A stretch of 64,000 nt of DNA. Source: an uncultured Candidatus Saccharibacteria bacterium. GTDB lineage: Bacteria; Patescibacteriota; Minisyncoccia; Spechtbacterales; HO2-43-30. A model generated the notes under the pieces. It saw only the letters and a list, made by a program, of their open reading frames with translations. It was not told the DNA's origin and did not search any database. The position numbers and the translations under genes are program-made. Location of the stretch: the NCBI GenBank assembly GCA_964504205.1, contig CAZDDE010000001.1, positions 58,473-122,472 on the forward strand, read 5' to 3'. Shown piece after piece: positions 36,481 to 46,295 of the stretch (position 1 is its first letter; each line of letters begins with the position of its first letter).

Positions 36481-36837
36481 ATGCCGGAAGCACAACCAAG
36501 ATACACAACTGATTTAGATGCTTTGGCGAAGGAATGCGTATTTGAGTTCTTTCGATCTTCCGGTCCTGGCGGGCAGAACGTTAATAAAGTAGAGAGCGGC
36601 GTGCGCCTGCGGCACATTCCAAGCGGCATCACTATACGCGTGGAAGAAACACCCAGTCAGGCGCGCAACCGCGAGATTGCGTTTGAGCGATTGCGGGCGA
36701 TCTTGGAGAAGCTCAATAATCCACCCCCGAAACGCAAGCCCACTAAGATTCCTTTTCACGAAAAAATAAAAAGGCGCATTGAAAAACATCGTCGCAGTGA
36801 AGTAAAGGAGTTGCGTAAGCCGCCTGCTATTGACTAA
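36481..36837 (+). CDS. arfB: alternative ribosome-rescue factor ArfB (peptidyl-tRNA hydrolase, ICT1/YaeJ family)
   Basis: GGQ motif (SGPGGQNVNKVESGVRLRH) and a basic C-terminal tail. Confidence 0.8.
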   Translation: MPEAQPRYTTDLDALAKECVFEFFRSSGPGGQNVNKVESGVRLRHIPSGITIRVEETPSQARNREIAFERLRAILEKLNNPPPKRKPTKIPFHEKIKRRIEKHRRSEVKELRKPPAID

Positions 36838-36894
36838 TTATAAAGAATGAGTTATGATTATATCAAGCAACTTTATTCAAGAAGGAGATGGAGA

Positions 36895-37098
36895 ATGATT
36901 GATTTTAAGGCGTGTCCAAGGTGCAGGGGGGATTTAACGGAGGATATAGATATGTACGGCAAGTATATCAAGTGCCTGCAGTGCGGTCATATTGTGACGG
37001 ATCTAGAAATTAAACAAACCGCACTGCAAGTTCAGCAGGAATTTCCACCGGTTGCCCACAAACCTCCAAAACATCCGGCAAAGCCAGGGGCGTTATAA
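36895..37098 (+). CDS. small zinc-ribbon protein
   Basis: CPRC...(17)...CLQC; AAGGAG RBS before ATG 36895 (the track start at 36847 is in the same frame). Confidence 0.5.
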   Translation: MIDFKACPRCRGDLTEDIDMYGKYIKCLQCGHIVTDLEIKQTALQVQQEFPPVAHKPPKHPAKPGAL

Positions 37099-37125
37099 AT
37101 CGGCATAGCATACTCTCACCAAGTT

Positions 37126-38535
37126 TTAGGTGAGAGTTTTTATTTCGGGGCCTCGATCGGTGTCATCAATCTTATATCCCATAGATTCTATTTTACGGCG
37201 AATGATATCGGCTTCCTCCCAGTTTTCCTCTCGCCGCATTTGTTCGCGCTTGGCCGCGAGCACGACTATTTCTTCCGGGATTATTTCGCCGCGCATCGCC
37301 GGAATTATTCCAAAAATTTTATCTACATCATTTAAAAATTTTACTATTTCGCTCGCGGCAACGGCCGTAATTTTGTTTTTGGCAAGAAGCGCGTTGCCCG
37401 CGCGCATCAAATCGAAAAGTGCGGCAAGGGCTTTTGGAGTGTTAAAGTCGTCGTTGAGATTAGAAAAAAAATCAGCAATTCCCCTCGTTGCTAAGTGGGG
37501 GAGGGGGTTGGCAGAGGAAGCATTCTGTTCCACTCTAGCTAGCGCAGATATTTTCGTACAGAACTCGCCTAACCGCTTCACATTCACCTCCGCCTGCTTT
37601 ACCGCCGCCTCGCTGTAATCAATCGGTGAGCGATAATGGCTGGATAGTATAAACAGCCGGAAAGTTTCTTTTGAATATTTTTGCAGGAATTCATGGATAG
37701 TTACAAAGTTGCCGAGCGACTTGGACATCTTTTCGCCATTGATCGTAAGAAAACCGGTATGCATCCAGAAATTCACAAGCGGCTCTTTCCCCGAAATTGC
37801 TTCCATTTGGGCAATTTCCGATTCGTGATGCGGAAAGATTAAATCGCGCGCGCCGCCATGAATATCATATTGCTGTCCAAGTTCAGCTTCGCTGATCGCT
37901 GTATCCTCAATATGCCAGCCGGGTCGGCCTTTTCCCCATGAGCTGTCCCAAGACGGTTCGCCCGATTTAGAAAATTTCCACAAAGCAAAATCTCCTTTGT
38001 TGCGCTTATTGAGAGAATCATCTATTCGTGACACGGCATCTTCTGCCGCCACAGCCGTTCGTCCTGATAGTTTCCCGTAATTTTCAAATTTAGAAATATC
38101 GTAGTACACGCCATCACCCGCGATAATATAGGCATAGCCATTCGTGATCAGCCGTTCAACTTGCGAAACTATTTGCGGAATATAATCTGTCGCTCGCGCG
38201 TATTTATCCACCGAGTCAATGTCAAGTTTTTCCATATCGTGATAGTATTCCGTTTCAAAATTGCGGGCGAGTTCCTGCGGCGTCTGATGTAATTCATTGG
38301 CGCGCGCGATTATTTTATCGTCTAAATCCGTGATATTCTGCACATAACGGACTTCGTATTCTAAATGGCGAAGATACTTGATAAATGCGTCAAAAGCAAT
38401 ATATGTGCGCGCGTGGCCGATATGCGCATAATCATAAACAGTTGGCCCGCAAACGAAAAAATTAACCCTCTTATCTTGGAGGGGCAAAAATTCCTTTACG
38501 GCTTTGGATCGCGTGTCGTATAGCGTTAGAGCCAT
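37126..38535 (-). CDS. cysS: cysteinyl-tRNA synthetase
   Basis: CGPTVYDYAHIGHARTY (HIGH), KMSKS, class I Rossmann fold; 469 aa. Confidence 0.95.
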   Translation of the reverse strand: MALTLYDTRSKAVKEFLPLQDKRVNFFVCGPTVYDYAHIGHARTYIAFDAFIKYLRHLEYEVRYVQNITDLDDKIIARANELHQTPQELARNFETEYYHDMEKLDIDSVDKYARATDYIPQIVSQVERLITNGYAYIIAGDGVYYDISKFENYGKLSGRTAVAAEDAVSRIDDSLNKRNKGDFALWKFSKSGEPSWDSSWGKGRPGWHIEDTAISEAELGQQYDIHGGARDLIFPHHESEIAQMEAISGKEPLVNFWMHTGFLTINGEKMSKSLGNFVTIHEFLQKYSKETFRLFILSSHYRSPIDYSEAAVKQAEVNVKRLGEFCTKISALARVEQNASSANPLPHLATRGIADFFSNLNDDFNTPKALAALFDLMRAGNALLAKNKITAVAASEIVKFLNDVDKIFGIIPAMRGEIIPEEIVVLAAKREQMRREENWEEADIIRRKIESMGYKIDDTDRGPEIKTLT

Positions 38536-39437
38536 TTCTTTTTCTTAAAATAGCCAATCATCAAAATTACCATCAGTCCCATTACTGCGGTAATAATCCA
38601 GAAGGAGCCGGTTTCCCGAAGGGGCATGCCGTCTATATTCATTCCCCAGATGTTCGCTAAAAATGTAACTGGCATAAAAATTGTCGAAACGATCGTCAGA
38701 ATTTTGATTATTTCATTTATTTTTGTGGAAAGCAATGAGCTATTTGTGTCGGCAAGCGCGGCGAGAGTTTCGCGCTGTTCCTCCAGCTCATTCCAAACAT
38801 TATCAAAATTTCCGTGCAAGTTGGCAAGATGCGGCGCAAACTCTTCGCCAAAAAAAACGCGGCTATCTGCAACGAGAGACGCGAAAACCGATCTTTGCGG
38901 CGCAAGAATTCGGCGGAAATCAATGATATCGCGCTGGGTTTCGGAAATTTCAAAGACCATTTCTTTTTCGCGGCCCTTAAATATCGCTTTTTCAATGTAA
39001 TCAACCCTATGCTCGATGTGTTCTAGTTTGGTCAGTACGTTGGCGAGGATTGAACGAATCAGATAAAAAAACAGATAAGCCGTTCCCTCGGACATATATT
39101 CCTTCTTTGCGTCATTGTGAAGATTGATCCGAGCGAATAGTGATTTTAACGGCAGAATTGTTTTGTAGTGGCTAGTGATAAGGTGGCTTTTGGTAACAAT
39201 AATATCCAACTCTCGGGCAAAAGCCTCACTCTTTTTTTTGTTGAAGGCGGGGTAGTAAAGTACCATAAAGAGATAATCCCCGTGATTTTCAACCTTTGGC
39301 CGATGACTCGCCGGAATTATTTCTTTCAAAACAATTTCATGGAAATTAAAGTTATCCTGCAAAAATTGTATATCTTCTTTTTGCGGGTTCTGGATATTTA
39401 TCCACTTTAAGTTATTGTGCTCGATAGATTGCCTCAT
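38526..39437 (-). CDS. corA: magnesium/cobalt transporter CorA
   Basis: C-terminal two transmembrane helices with the GMN motif (IWGMNIDGMP). Confidence 0.9.
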   Translation of the reverse strand: MRQSIEHNNLKWINIQNPQKEDIQFLQDNFNFHEIVLKEIIPASHRPKVENHGDYLFMVLYYPAFNKKKSEAFARELDIIVTKSHLITSHYKTILPLKSLFARINLHNDAKKEYMSEGTAYLFFYLIRSILANVLTKLEHIEHRVDYIEKAIFKGREKEMVFEISETQRDIIDFRRILAPQRSVFASLVADSRVFFGEEFAPHLANLHGNFDNVWNELEEQRETLAALADTNSSLLSTKINEIIKILTIVSTIFMPVTFLANIWGMNIDGMPLRETGSFWIITAVMGLMVILMIGYFKKKKWL

Positions 39438-39570
39438 GCCTCAACTATACCATATGGGCAGGCTGTGTATAACTAGATAGGGGACACCGTACACTTGACA
39501 AAATTTTTAGCTAAAGCATAATGCATTTAGGCTCGCGAAGAACAATAATACAAAAATAAGGAGGTAGAAT

Positions 39571-40206
39571 ATGAGCGCAAGAACAAAGAAGGCTCTGCTG
39601 GTTACGCTCGTGTGTGTTTTTGTAGCTGTGCTCTTCTTTGGAGCGCTACCGCTTCTAGCACGTCACCTTGGAGATACAAAAGAGGGAGTAGTCGCTGTAC
39701 CGCGCAACGTTGAGAGCGCGCTTGAGACGGAAAATCTCACTTTTGGTTTCGTCGCGTCTACCGATAAGTTTTTCACGATCTTTTACAAAGAAACAAAAAA
39801 TTCCCCTGGTTATATCCAGATATATTCAAGCGCTGAATTTGTCCTTTGGTTTAAAGCAGGAAACGGAACAGAGCTTTCTAAGGCATATATCAGAACAGGG
39901 ATTGGTCACTACTTTGTCTACTGGGCGCCGCTGTTTAACGGATTGGCTAATGTGGTCTATTATGAAAAGATTGATTTTTCTCCCTATCCCTTCTTATTTG
40001 CAGAAGTCAATCTCAAAGAAACGCCATCGGCAGTAGATACACAGATTCTTGTTAGCTACACTCAAAAAGAATTTTTTTGGATATTCGCAATGTTTGGGGG
40101 AGTGATGATAGTACTGTTAGGCTTAGTAATCTTTCTTAACTTTAATCGACGTGCTTATACGCGCGCCCAGCGCGCGGCGAGACGTTCTGATGCGCAGCAT
40201 CCTTAA
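39571..40206 (+). CDS. hypothetical membrane protein (N- and C-terminal transmembrane helices)
   Basis: AAGGAGG RBS; a terminator hairpin at 40205-40234 follows. Confidence 0.5.
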   Translation: MSARTKKALLVTLVCVFVAVLFFGALPLLARHLGDTKEGVVAVPRNVESALETENLTFGFVASTDKFFTIFYKETKNSPGYIQIYSSAEFVLWFKAGNGTELSKAYIRTGIGHYFVYWAPLFNGLANVVYYEKIDFSPYPFLFAEVNLKETPSAVDTQILVSYTQKEFFWIFAMFGGVMIVLLGLVIFLNFNRRAYTRAQRAARRSDAQHP

Positions 40207-40329
40207 ACGCCTTTCTAAAAGGCGTTTATTTATTGTTATCATGCTTGCAAAGCTTGAGTTTCTATGTGAGTATATTTTGAAAGTTCGTTGACAAAAATTT
40301 TATAAAATAGAATCGCCAGGAGGAGGATT

Positions 40330-42804
40330 ATGAAAGATCACGCAATGATTCTGTCATCGCAGGAGTTGCTGGAATTGCATAAACTGTTATGTCGCACGGG
40401 GGCTCTTAATCTAGCGATAACGCATCTGCGCCGCGAGGTTTTTGGGGCGTGTCTTTTAGGCACGCTCATGGAGACGGTTTCCGTTGTGCCGATGTTTGCT
40501 TTATTAAAGAAAGGCATTTTATTTGAAAGTGATGTCAGTGGCGATCACCGCACCAATTGGGGAGTTCTTACGGTTAAAGACGAGGTCACGCGCCCAATCA
40601 ACGGGCACGATCATATTCGTGAGATATTTCGCAATCATTTTAACCGCGCCACCGGCGGCAACCGCGGCCGTGACGGCAATATTCATTTGGGGTGTCTGGA
40701 CTGCAATATCGTTCCATTTATGTATTCTGATATGGGCGGCATGACTGGTATCATGGCCGGACGCGCCGAGAAATTGGCGCGGCAATGGCACGATCTTCCG
40801 CGCAAACAGCGCCCCATTGCCGTATCATTCTATGGCGAAGGCGCTGAACAGCAGGGCCTTTTGCATGAAACGCGCAACGCCGTGGCTGTAAGCAACTTCA
40901 AGTGGGATCTGGAAGAATTCTCCAAACGTTATGGCGAACAATTTATAACTCCGCTTATGCGCGAGCTAAAAGTTTCGCGCGGCGCGCCCACTCTTTACAT
41001 AATTGTACTTAACCACCGATCGCTTTTTGCTGACGCAATAGAGGAATACGCTAATTCCGATCTTGTTAAGAGGGCCTTGGGCTATGGCGATATGGTCGGC
41101 GTGCAAGTGAATAGTTTTGATGTGCTGAAATACTACGCCGAGTGCGAAAAGGCGATAGAGCGCGCGCAAGAATGCGTAGCCACATTAATGGTTGTGGATA
41201 CTTATCGCGGCACCGGGCACAATCAGGAACAAATTCAGTATGAAAAAGCCCTATCGGATATTGCAACGCGCGAAGATCTCGCAAGAGTTAAACGCGTTTG
41301 GGGAGTATATGACTTAAGTGAATTCCACGCGGCGTGGAAGAAAGATCCCATTTTATACCCTAATTATATTCTCGCTACCGAAACTGCGAATAAGGAAACT
41401 TTGGATAGAATACGTGTCCAAGAAGAAAGAAACGTGCTTGCTCTTGCCGCGGAAGTGCTTAAAGAGCCGCCAATTACGGTTCTGGAAGATAAAAAAGACC
41501 GTAATATTTTTCCGCCGATTGACCTGGCGCTTTTGCCAAAAGAACCAAGCGCGGCCTCTCTGCTTAAAACTGATCCGGGCAACACACGGCTTGTTATAGC
41601 GCGGCAAGCGCGTGAGATGGGGTATGTGCTGGACGGGAGCAAGGCAAATAAATGGGGATACAACGAAGCATATACGCGAACAGTCAAGCAGTTGATGCGC
41701 GATGACAAAATGGTTATCTACTATGGCGAGGACGTCGGTTCTAGAGAAGGCGGGGTTCTTAGTCTAACTCGCGCCAGAGGCGACATTTCGCTCGCGGAAG
41801 AATTTGGTCCCGGTCGCGTGCCTAATTTTCCGATATCCGAAGAGGCCGGCCTTTCTATGGTCGCTGGTCATGCGTTGAATGGCCCGAAGGGTTTTTGGGA
41901 AAATCAGTTTGGCTGGTTCTTTGCCGATTCCTACCGAGTTATGGATGGTACGGGCCCTCAGTATTATCAGAAAAAAATGAAGTTTCGTTATATTGCTGTT
42001 TTCCCCTGTGGAAAAGTGCACGGCGGAGGAAGCGGCGATTTTCACGAGCGTTATGTTGAGGAAATTATTCAAACTATGGGTGGAATTGCGATACTATTTC
42101 CAAGCAATGCCTATGATCTGGTTGGACTTTTACGCACAGCTTATTTATACGATGGGCCGGTCGCGCTGATCCTTGAAATATCCGCAAGCAACTCTTCGGA
42201 GTTTGCGCATCTTGCGCGCAACTGGGCGACTGATGAAATTGATCTTACCATGCCGCAAGGCGTGCCCATTGAGCCATATGCTATTCCCTTTGGCACGGCA
42301 AGGATCGTGCGGCCGGGCAAAGATTTTACTGTCGTTGCATACGGCGCCTGCGCGGTTGCCGCGGCCAAAAACGAGGCGGATTTTCTTTATAAGGAAGAGG
42401 AGATTGATGCGGAAGTAATAGATTTGCGCACGGTGCATCCATTTGACATTGAAGCTGTAAAGTTTTCTGTAGTCAAAACCGGACGAATGGTTGTTATGCA
42501 GTCGGCCAATGAATTTCGCGGCGCCGGGCATTACATTCAATCTAAACTGATCGAAGAAGATGATATTTTCTGGAATCTTCTTTCCAAGCCCAAACTTATT
42601 TATGCCGGCATGGAGGGAGATATTTTTGTCCCTACGGCAAAGACATTACTCGAAGCTCGTTTGCCGTGGCAGGAGATTGAAGTTTCCGTCTTTGATTTAG
42701 AGAGCCGTAAAGATGCCGAGAACGAACAGAAATACTATACCCAGCGCATTCATCGCTCGCATCAGTTGGCCGAGTGTATACTCGCTGGTATGAAAGATCG
42801 ATAG
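40330..42804 (+). CDS. 2-oxoacid (pyruvate/acetoin-type) dehydrogenase E1 component, fused alpha-beta single chain
   Basis: N-terminal half E1-alpha-like (GDHR, TGGNRGRDGNIH, FYGEGA...N TPP/Mg motif with GEG in place of GDG); C-terminal half E1-beta-like (YYGEDVGSREGGVLSLTRA..FGPGRVPNFPISEE); 824 aa; AGGAGGAGG RBS. Confidence 0.78.
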   Translation: MKDHAMILSSQELLELHKLLCRTGALNLAITHLRREVFGACLLGTLMETVSVVPMFALLKKGILFESDVSGDHRTNWGVLTVKDEVTRPINGHDHIREIFRNHFNRATGGNRGRDGNIHLGCLDCNIVPFMYSDMGGMTGIMAGRAEKLARQWHDLPRKQRPIAVSFYGEGAEQQGLLHETRNAVAVSNFKWDLEEFSKRYGEQFITPLMRELKVSRGAPTLYIIVLNHRSLFADAIEEYANSDLVKRALGYGDMVGVQVNSFDVLKYYAECEKAIERAQECVATLMVVDTYRGTGHNQEQIQYEKALSDIATREDLARVKRVWGVYDLSEFHAAWKKDPILYPNYILATETANKETLDRIRVQEERNVLALAAEVLKEPPITVLEDKKDRNIFPPIDLALLPKEPSAASLLKTDPGNTRLVIARQAREMGYVLDGSKANKWGYNEAYTRTVKQLMRDDKMVIYYGEDVGSREGGVLSLTRARGDISLAEEFGPGRVPNFPISEEAGLSMVAGHALNGPKGFWENQFGWFFADSYRVMDGTGPQYYQKKMKFRYIAVFPCGKVHGGGSGDFHERYVEEIIQTMGGIAILFPSNAYDLVGLLRTAYLYDGPVALILEISASNSSEFAHLARNWATDEIDLTMPQGVPIEPYAIPFGTARIVRPGKDFTVVAYGACAVAAAKNEADFLYKEEEIDAEVIDLRTVHPFDIEAVKFSVVKTGRMVVMQSANEFRGAGHYIQSKLIEEDDIFWNLLSKPKLIYAGMEGDIFVPTAKTLLEARLPWQEIEVSVFDLESRKDAENEQKYYTQRIHRSHQLAECILAGMKDR

Positions 42805-42815
42805 GAGGTGATGCG

Positions 42816-44168
42816 ATGAGGATAAAGTTTGGATTTTTACTAAGCATGGTCAAGGAAACAGTCGGCGGTGCGTATGATCCTGTAGCGAATTTTAGAGAAC
42901 AGCGCATCACGGCATGGCTTGTGAAGGTTGGCGATAAAGTAACTGAAGATTCGTTGATCGTTCAATTTGCCACAGATAAAGTTGATGTCGAAGTGCCGTT
43001 GGCTGGTCTTTGCAATACGATAAAAAGCGGAGTAATCGCTAAACTCAATTACAATACTGGCGATACCTGGAAATATCTGGGCGTCGCAGAGGTCCCGGGC
43101 GACGATAAAATGTTTTTGCCCGAGCTTGGCTGGATTGAAACCGATGAGAATAGTCACGAGACGCTTCAACCTTCTTTACCCGCCGAAACGGCCGAAGTTT
43201 CTGTGGAAAAGAAACCTGCGTCTGCAAGTCCAGCGGCACGCAAGCTTGCCCATGAAAACGGTGTTGATATCAACGCCGTGAAAGGCACGGGATCTTTCGG
43301 CAAAGTCATGCGCAAGGATGTGGAGTGGGTAGTCGCTGAAATAAAAAGACGGGAGACTCTGCCGCCGCAGTCGGCCGTAAAGCCAACTAGCGAAAGGGCA
43401 GTAGCGGATGACCGCGTGCCGCTTAACGCGACCCAAATTCGCAAGACTATCGCTTACTTTATGCAAAAGAGCCACGCGGAGATCCCCAAAGCCGGCGATG
43501 CGATTACAGTGGATATAACTAATCTCTGGGAGTTTTACCAAAAGCGGCAAATTGCATGGCGCGAGGATACCAGAACTGACTTTAGCTTCACAGGCATTTT
43601 TATGTTCCTTTCCGCAAAATTACTGCACGAGCAAAAAGATAGATTCGGCATAATCAACGCTTACTGGGATAAGGATGAAAGCGAAGCATATCTATTCAAG
43701 CATGTCAATATCGGCATCGCGGTGCAGACGGCGGATGGTCTAATGGTCCCGGTTATTCATAACGCCGAGGCATTATCGTTTCGCGAATTTATGACTGCGG
43801 TGCATGCCAAAATTCAGGGCGCAATGAGCCGCAAAATTACCATGCCGGAATTGCGCGACCTGACTTTCACTGTAAATAACGTTGGCGCTATGGGCGGCGA
43901 GAGCCCGGATTCAATTGTGCCCTATACACGCGAAGCAAATGGCAAAGAACGGCCGACCGGCATGATCTTGGTGCTTACGGCTAAATGGGAAGTATCCGAT
44001 AGGCAATATATGCGGTTGGCATTCAGTTTTGATCATCGTTTGTTTGACGGAGCGCCGGGATTGGAGTTTGTGCGCGCGATACGCAGCTATATTGAAAGCA
44101 AGAGATATCCCGACGAATTTCGCGAATTGTTCAGCGAAGATTTTTCGCTTTTACAAAGCGAAAAATAA
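42816..44168 (+). CDS. dihydrolipoamide acyltransferase E2 component
   Basis: lipoyl domain (FATDKVDVEVP), E3/E1-binding domain (SPAARKLAHENGVDINAVKGTG), catalytic DHRLFDG motif; start at ATG 42816 after an AGGAGGTG RBS. Confidence 0.85.
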   Translation: MRIKFGFLLSMVKETVGGAYDPVANFREQRITAWLVKVGDKVTEDSLIVQFATDKVDVEVPLAGLCNTIKSGVIAKLNYNTGDTWKYLGVAEVPGDDKMFLPELGWIETDENSHETLQPSLPAETAEVSVEKKPASASPAARKLAHENGVDINAVKGTGSFGKVMRKDVEWVVAEIKRRETLPPQSAVKPTSERAVADDRVPLNATQIRKTIAYFMQKSHAEIPKAGDAITVDITNLWEFYQKRQIAWREDTRTDFSFTGIFMFLSAKLLHEQKDRFGIINAYWDKDESEAYLFKHVNIGIAVQTADGLMVPVIHNAEALSFREFMTAVHAKIQGAMSRKITMPELRDLTFTVNNVGAMGGESPDSIVPYTREANGKERPTGMILVLTAKWEVSDRQYMRLAFSFDHRLFDGAPGLEFVRAIRSYIESKRYPDEFRELFSEDFSLLQSEK

Positions 44169-44192
44169 CCCCTTTGGATGAAGGGGTTTTAT
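44160..44192. terminator. bidirectional rho-independent terminator between convergent E2 and lipoyl-transferase genes
   Basis: AACCCCTT-tggatg-AAGGGGTT flanked by an A-run and a T-run. Confidence 0.75.
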
Positions 44193-45160
44193 ATTAACTC
44201 GTGCGCCTTGCCAGAAATTTCCGAGAATTGTTTGACCAGCGCTATGGCGAGCATTTTGGCGACCTTGGGCAAACTGTGCTTTTCTCCGGTGATCTTGTGC
44301 ACTGAAGTCATCCTTAAATTTAAGCCGCAAGGAAATATAGCGTCATAATACGATAAATCCGTTGACAGATTCAGAGCAAAACCGAAAAGGGTAAAGATTC
44401 TTTCCGTGCCACTACTGTAATGCTGCCGGACGGCTTTTATCCCACGCGACATTATTTTAGATGGCAAGCCATCCGCGATCATCCATACTCCGCTTGCAGC
44501 GAGATTAATCGTGCGTTTTCCCGTTTCATCACTTGAAACTGCGCCCTGCAAAATAAGATCGTTCTGTATCGCCGGATCCGCAAGATCGTATGTTTCTTTT
44601 AAGGTATAAGCTTTTACGCCCAAAGACATAAGAACATCTTTGACAGCTCCCTCCATCGCCTTATTTAGATCCAGTAAACTAATTCCAATCGTTTGAAGAT
44701 CACAGATAAGATAAAGTATAAGTTGTCCGGGACCATGATAGGTTATTGAACCGCCATGATTTGCCACTGGCAGGCAATGCGGTCTTGCGGGAAGCGTCTC
44801 AAGCGTAAAACCTGGCTTGATAAGCGTTTGGCATGCCACAGAATCCTCGAGCTTCTCCTCGTCTAATTTGGGAAAAGTATAAACGGAATCAAGTTCGGCA
44901 AAGAGTAGAAAATTTGGCGTGTCTTGACTAGTTTGCGCGGGAAACAAGCTGGGAATGGGAAGTTGAGCATTTTGGATATACTTTTGCCACTCGGCCTTGG
45001 TGTATATGGGTTTAATCGCCTTGCCGTGTTCTGCGGTCAGGGCGTTGATTTTTCTTTCCAGTAAAAAAATTTGCCACTCAAGCGCTTCTTCGATAGAGGA
45101 GAGGCGCTCGTGATCAAAGCTTGGCAGGATGTTTAGGTAGTTCCAGAAAAATTTGGCCAC
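44189..45160 (-). CDS. lipB: lipoate-protein ligase / octanoyltransferase (BPL_LplA_LipB family) with an N-terminal extension
   Basis: NHGGSITYHGPGQLILY matches the LipB/LplA R-GG-xTYHGPGQ catalytic motif. Confidence 0.65.
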   Translation of the reverse strand: MAKFFWNYLNILPSFDHERLSSIEEALEWQIFLLERKINALTAEHGKAIKPIYTKAEWQKYIQNAQLPIPSLFPAQTSQDTPNFLLFAELDSVYTFPKLDEEKLEDSVACQTLIKPGFTLETLPARPHCLPVANHGGSITYHGPGQLILYLICDLQTIGISLLDLNKAMEGAVKDVLMSLGVKAYTLKETYDLADPAIQNDLILQGAVSSDETGKRTINLAASGVWMIADGLPSKIMSRGIKAVRQHYSSGTERIFTLFGFALNLSTDLSYYDAIFPCGLNLRMTSVHKITGEKHSLPKVAKMLAIALVKQFSEISGKAHELI

Positions 45161-45322
45161 AGCGTCTCACCTCCTTTATTTTAAGTTGCTAGTTAAACTC
45201 TAGCACATCTTGACAATTTTTGCCAGAGATGCAAATATATCGTATGCTCTGTTGCGCAGAGCTAGTCCTGGCGATAGTGTCGCCGAGGCTTGTCCCAAAC
45301 TTTAACTTTAAGGAGGGGCAAA

Positions 45323-46078
45323 GTGGAGAACCTTGAAAATCTAAAAAATCTAGCACGCGAAGCCGCTGTTTCGCATTTCCTGTGGGAATTGGGTATACGC
45401 GTGCCTTCTGCAAACCAAGCGCGCAAAGTGTGCCAAATACTTGGATTAAACTTGGCAGATGAAAAGCGTGTCAAAGCGGTTTTGCGAATGCGCGAAGAAA
45501 ATCCCGATATTCTCCTTGAAATTTGCGGTGAAGCGGCTAACGAAGGAGAAAAAGAGATGGTGGAAGTAATTGCCGGCCCCAAGCACTATGAGCGAGAAGC
45601 CGAAATAAAGGATAGCGAACTGTGGGAGAAAATTGCACGAGACTGTAATATTCATACTGCGGGTAGCCAGAATCCTGCAGCTTATCCCTTTATGCGTTTT
45701 TCGACAAATGAGGAACAGTTGCGCTACCCGAATTCTGACTACCTTTCGTTTCCGGTCACAATACATTTTGAATCATCAAGGTACATGATTAAAATTTTAC
45801 CGGTAAGGTACTATCCGTTGAATTTCGCAAAAGGGGTAGAAACGCTATTAAGAAATATTAATGAGATACGGGTCGAATCTTTTTTCGTTGATGTGCGAGC
45901 ATTTGGTGCAACAGGTAAAGAAGATAGAGTGTATAATGGAAGATATTGGAATACCGCAGTTCTTATTGCTGAGCACAAAGACGTGTTAAAGCTCGCCACT
46001 CGGCTCGCCGCGGCCTACGAAGCCGAGACTGCCCGCCGCAAAAAGCCGGCCAAAGCAATCGTGCTGAAGAATTACTAA
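45323..46078 (+). CDS. hypothetical protein
   Basis: GTG start 45323 preceded by an AAGGAGG RBS (the track ATG at 45290 has no RBS); a structured ~80-nt leader; a terminator hairpin at 46088-46118. Confidence 0.5.
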   Translation: MENLENLKNLAREAAVSHFLWELGIRVPSANQARKVCQILGLNLADEKRVKAVLRMREENPDILLEICGEAANEGEKEMVEVIAGPKHYEREAEIKDSELWEKIARDCNIHTAGSQNPAAYPFMRFSTNEEQLRYPNSDYLSFPVTIHFESSRYMIKILPVRYYPLNFAKGVETLLRNINEIRVESFFVDVRAFGATGKEDRVYNGRYWNTAVLIAEHKDVLKLATRLAAAYEAETARRKKPAKAIVLKNY

Positions 46079-46136
46079 GAGCTATGTACTCCGTATTTAA
46101 ATACGGAGTTTTATTTATGGTGAGTTTGCCAAACCC

Positions 46137-46165
46137 TTGACAATTTTTTGCCATGGTCTTATAAT
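46137..46165 (+). promoter_or_regulatory. consensus sigma70 promoter for groES-groEL; TTGACA, 17-bp spacer, TATAAT
   Basis: TTGACA 46137-46142 and TATAAT 46160-46165, with exact consensus and spacing. Confidence 0.7.
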
Positions 46166-46188
46166 GGGGTGTACATTAAAATTATCAG

Positions 46189-46295
46189 TCAAAGGTCAAG
46201 TTTGATAAAAGGTCATGAAACCTGAAACCTGAAACCTGAATTATTTTTTCAACAAAGGATCATGTTTCAGTAGTTGTGTTTCGTGTTTCATGTTT
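46189..46295 (+). promoter_or_regulatory. repeat-structured groES leader: GGTCA repeats, (TGAAACC)x3 and an imperfect inverted (GTTTCA) repeat set; candidate non-CIRCE heat-shock control element
   Basis: AGTCAAAGGTCAAG...GGTCA; TGAAACCTGAAACCTGAAACCTGAA (46216-46240); CATGTTTCAGTAGTTGTGTTTCGTGTTTCATG (46261-46292) can pair with the heptad array. Confidence 0.5.

Noticed and set aside
45265-45322. Fluoride (crcB) riboswitch upstream of ORF 45323, from GGCGAUAGUGUCGCC
   Set aside because: Only the P1-like hairpin matches. There is no P3 hairpin or pseudoknot partner in the right place, and the downstream gene is not a fluoride transporter.
46189-46212. CtsR box (RGTCAAA-NAN-RGTCAAA) in the groES leader, from AGTCAAAGGTCAAG
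   Set aside because: The two heptads are adjacent with no 3-nt spacer, and no ctsR gene is present in the window. Reported only as GGTCA repeats.
46216-46240. CRISPR-like or microsatellite array (TGAAACC)x3
   Set aside because: 7-nt units without spacers. It is far too short for CRISPR, and it sits in a 5' leader with an inverted partner, so it was treated as a regulatory repeat.
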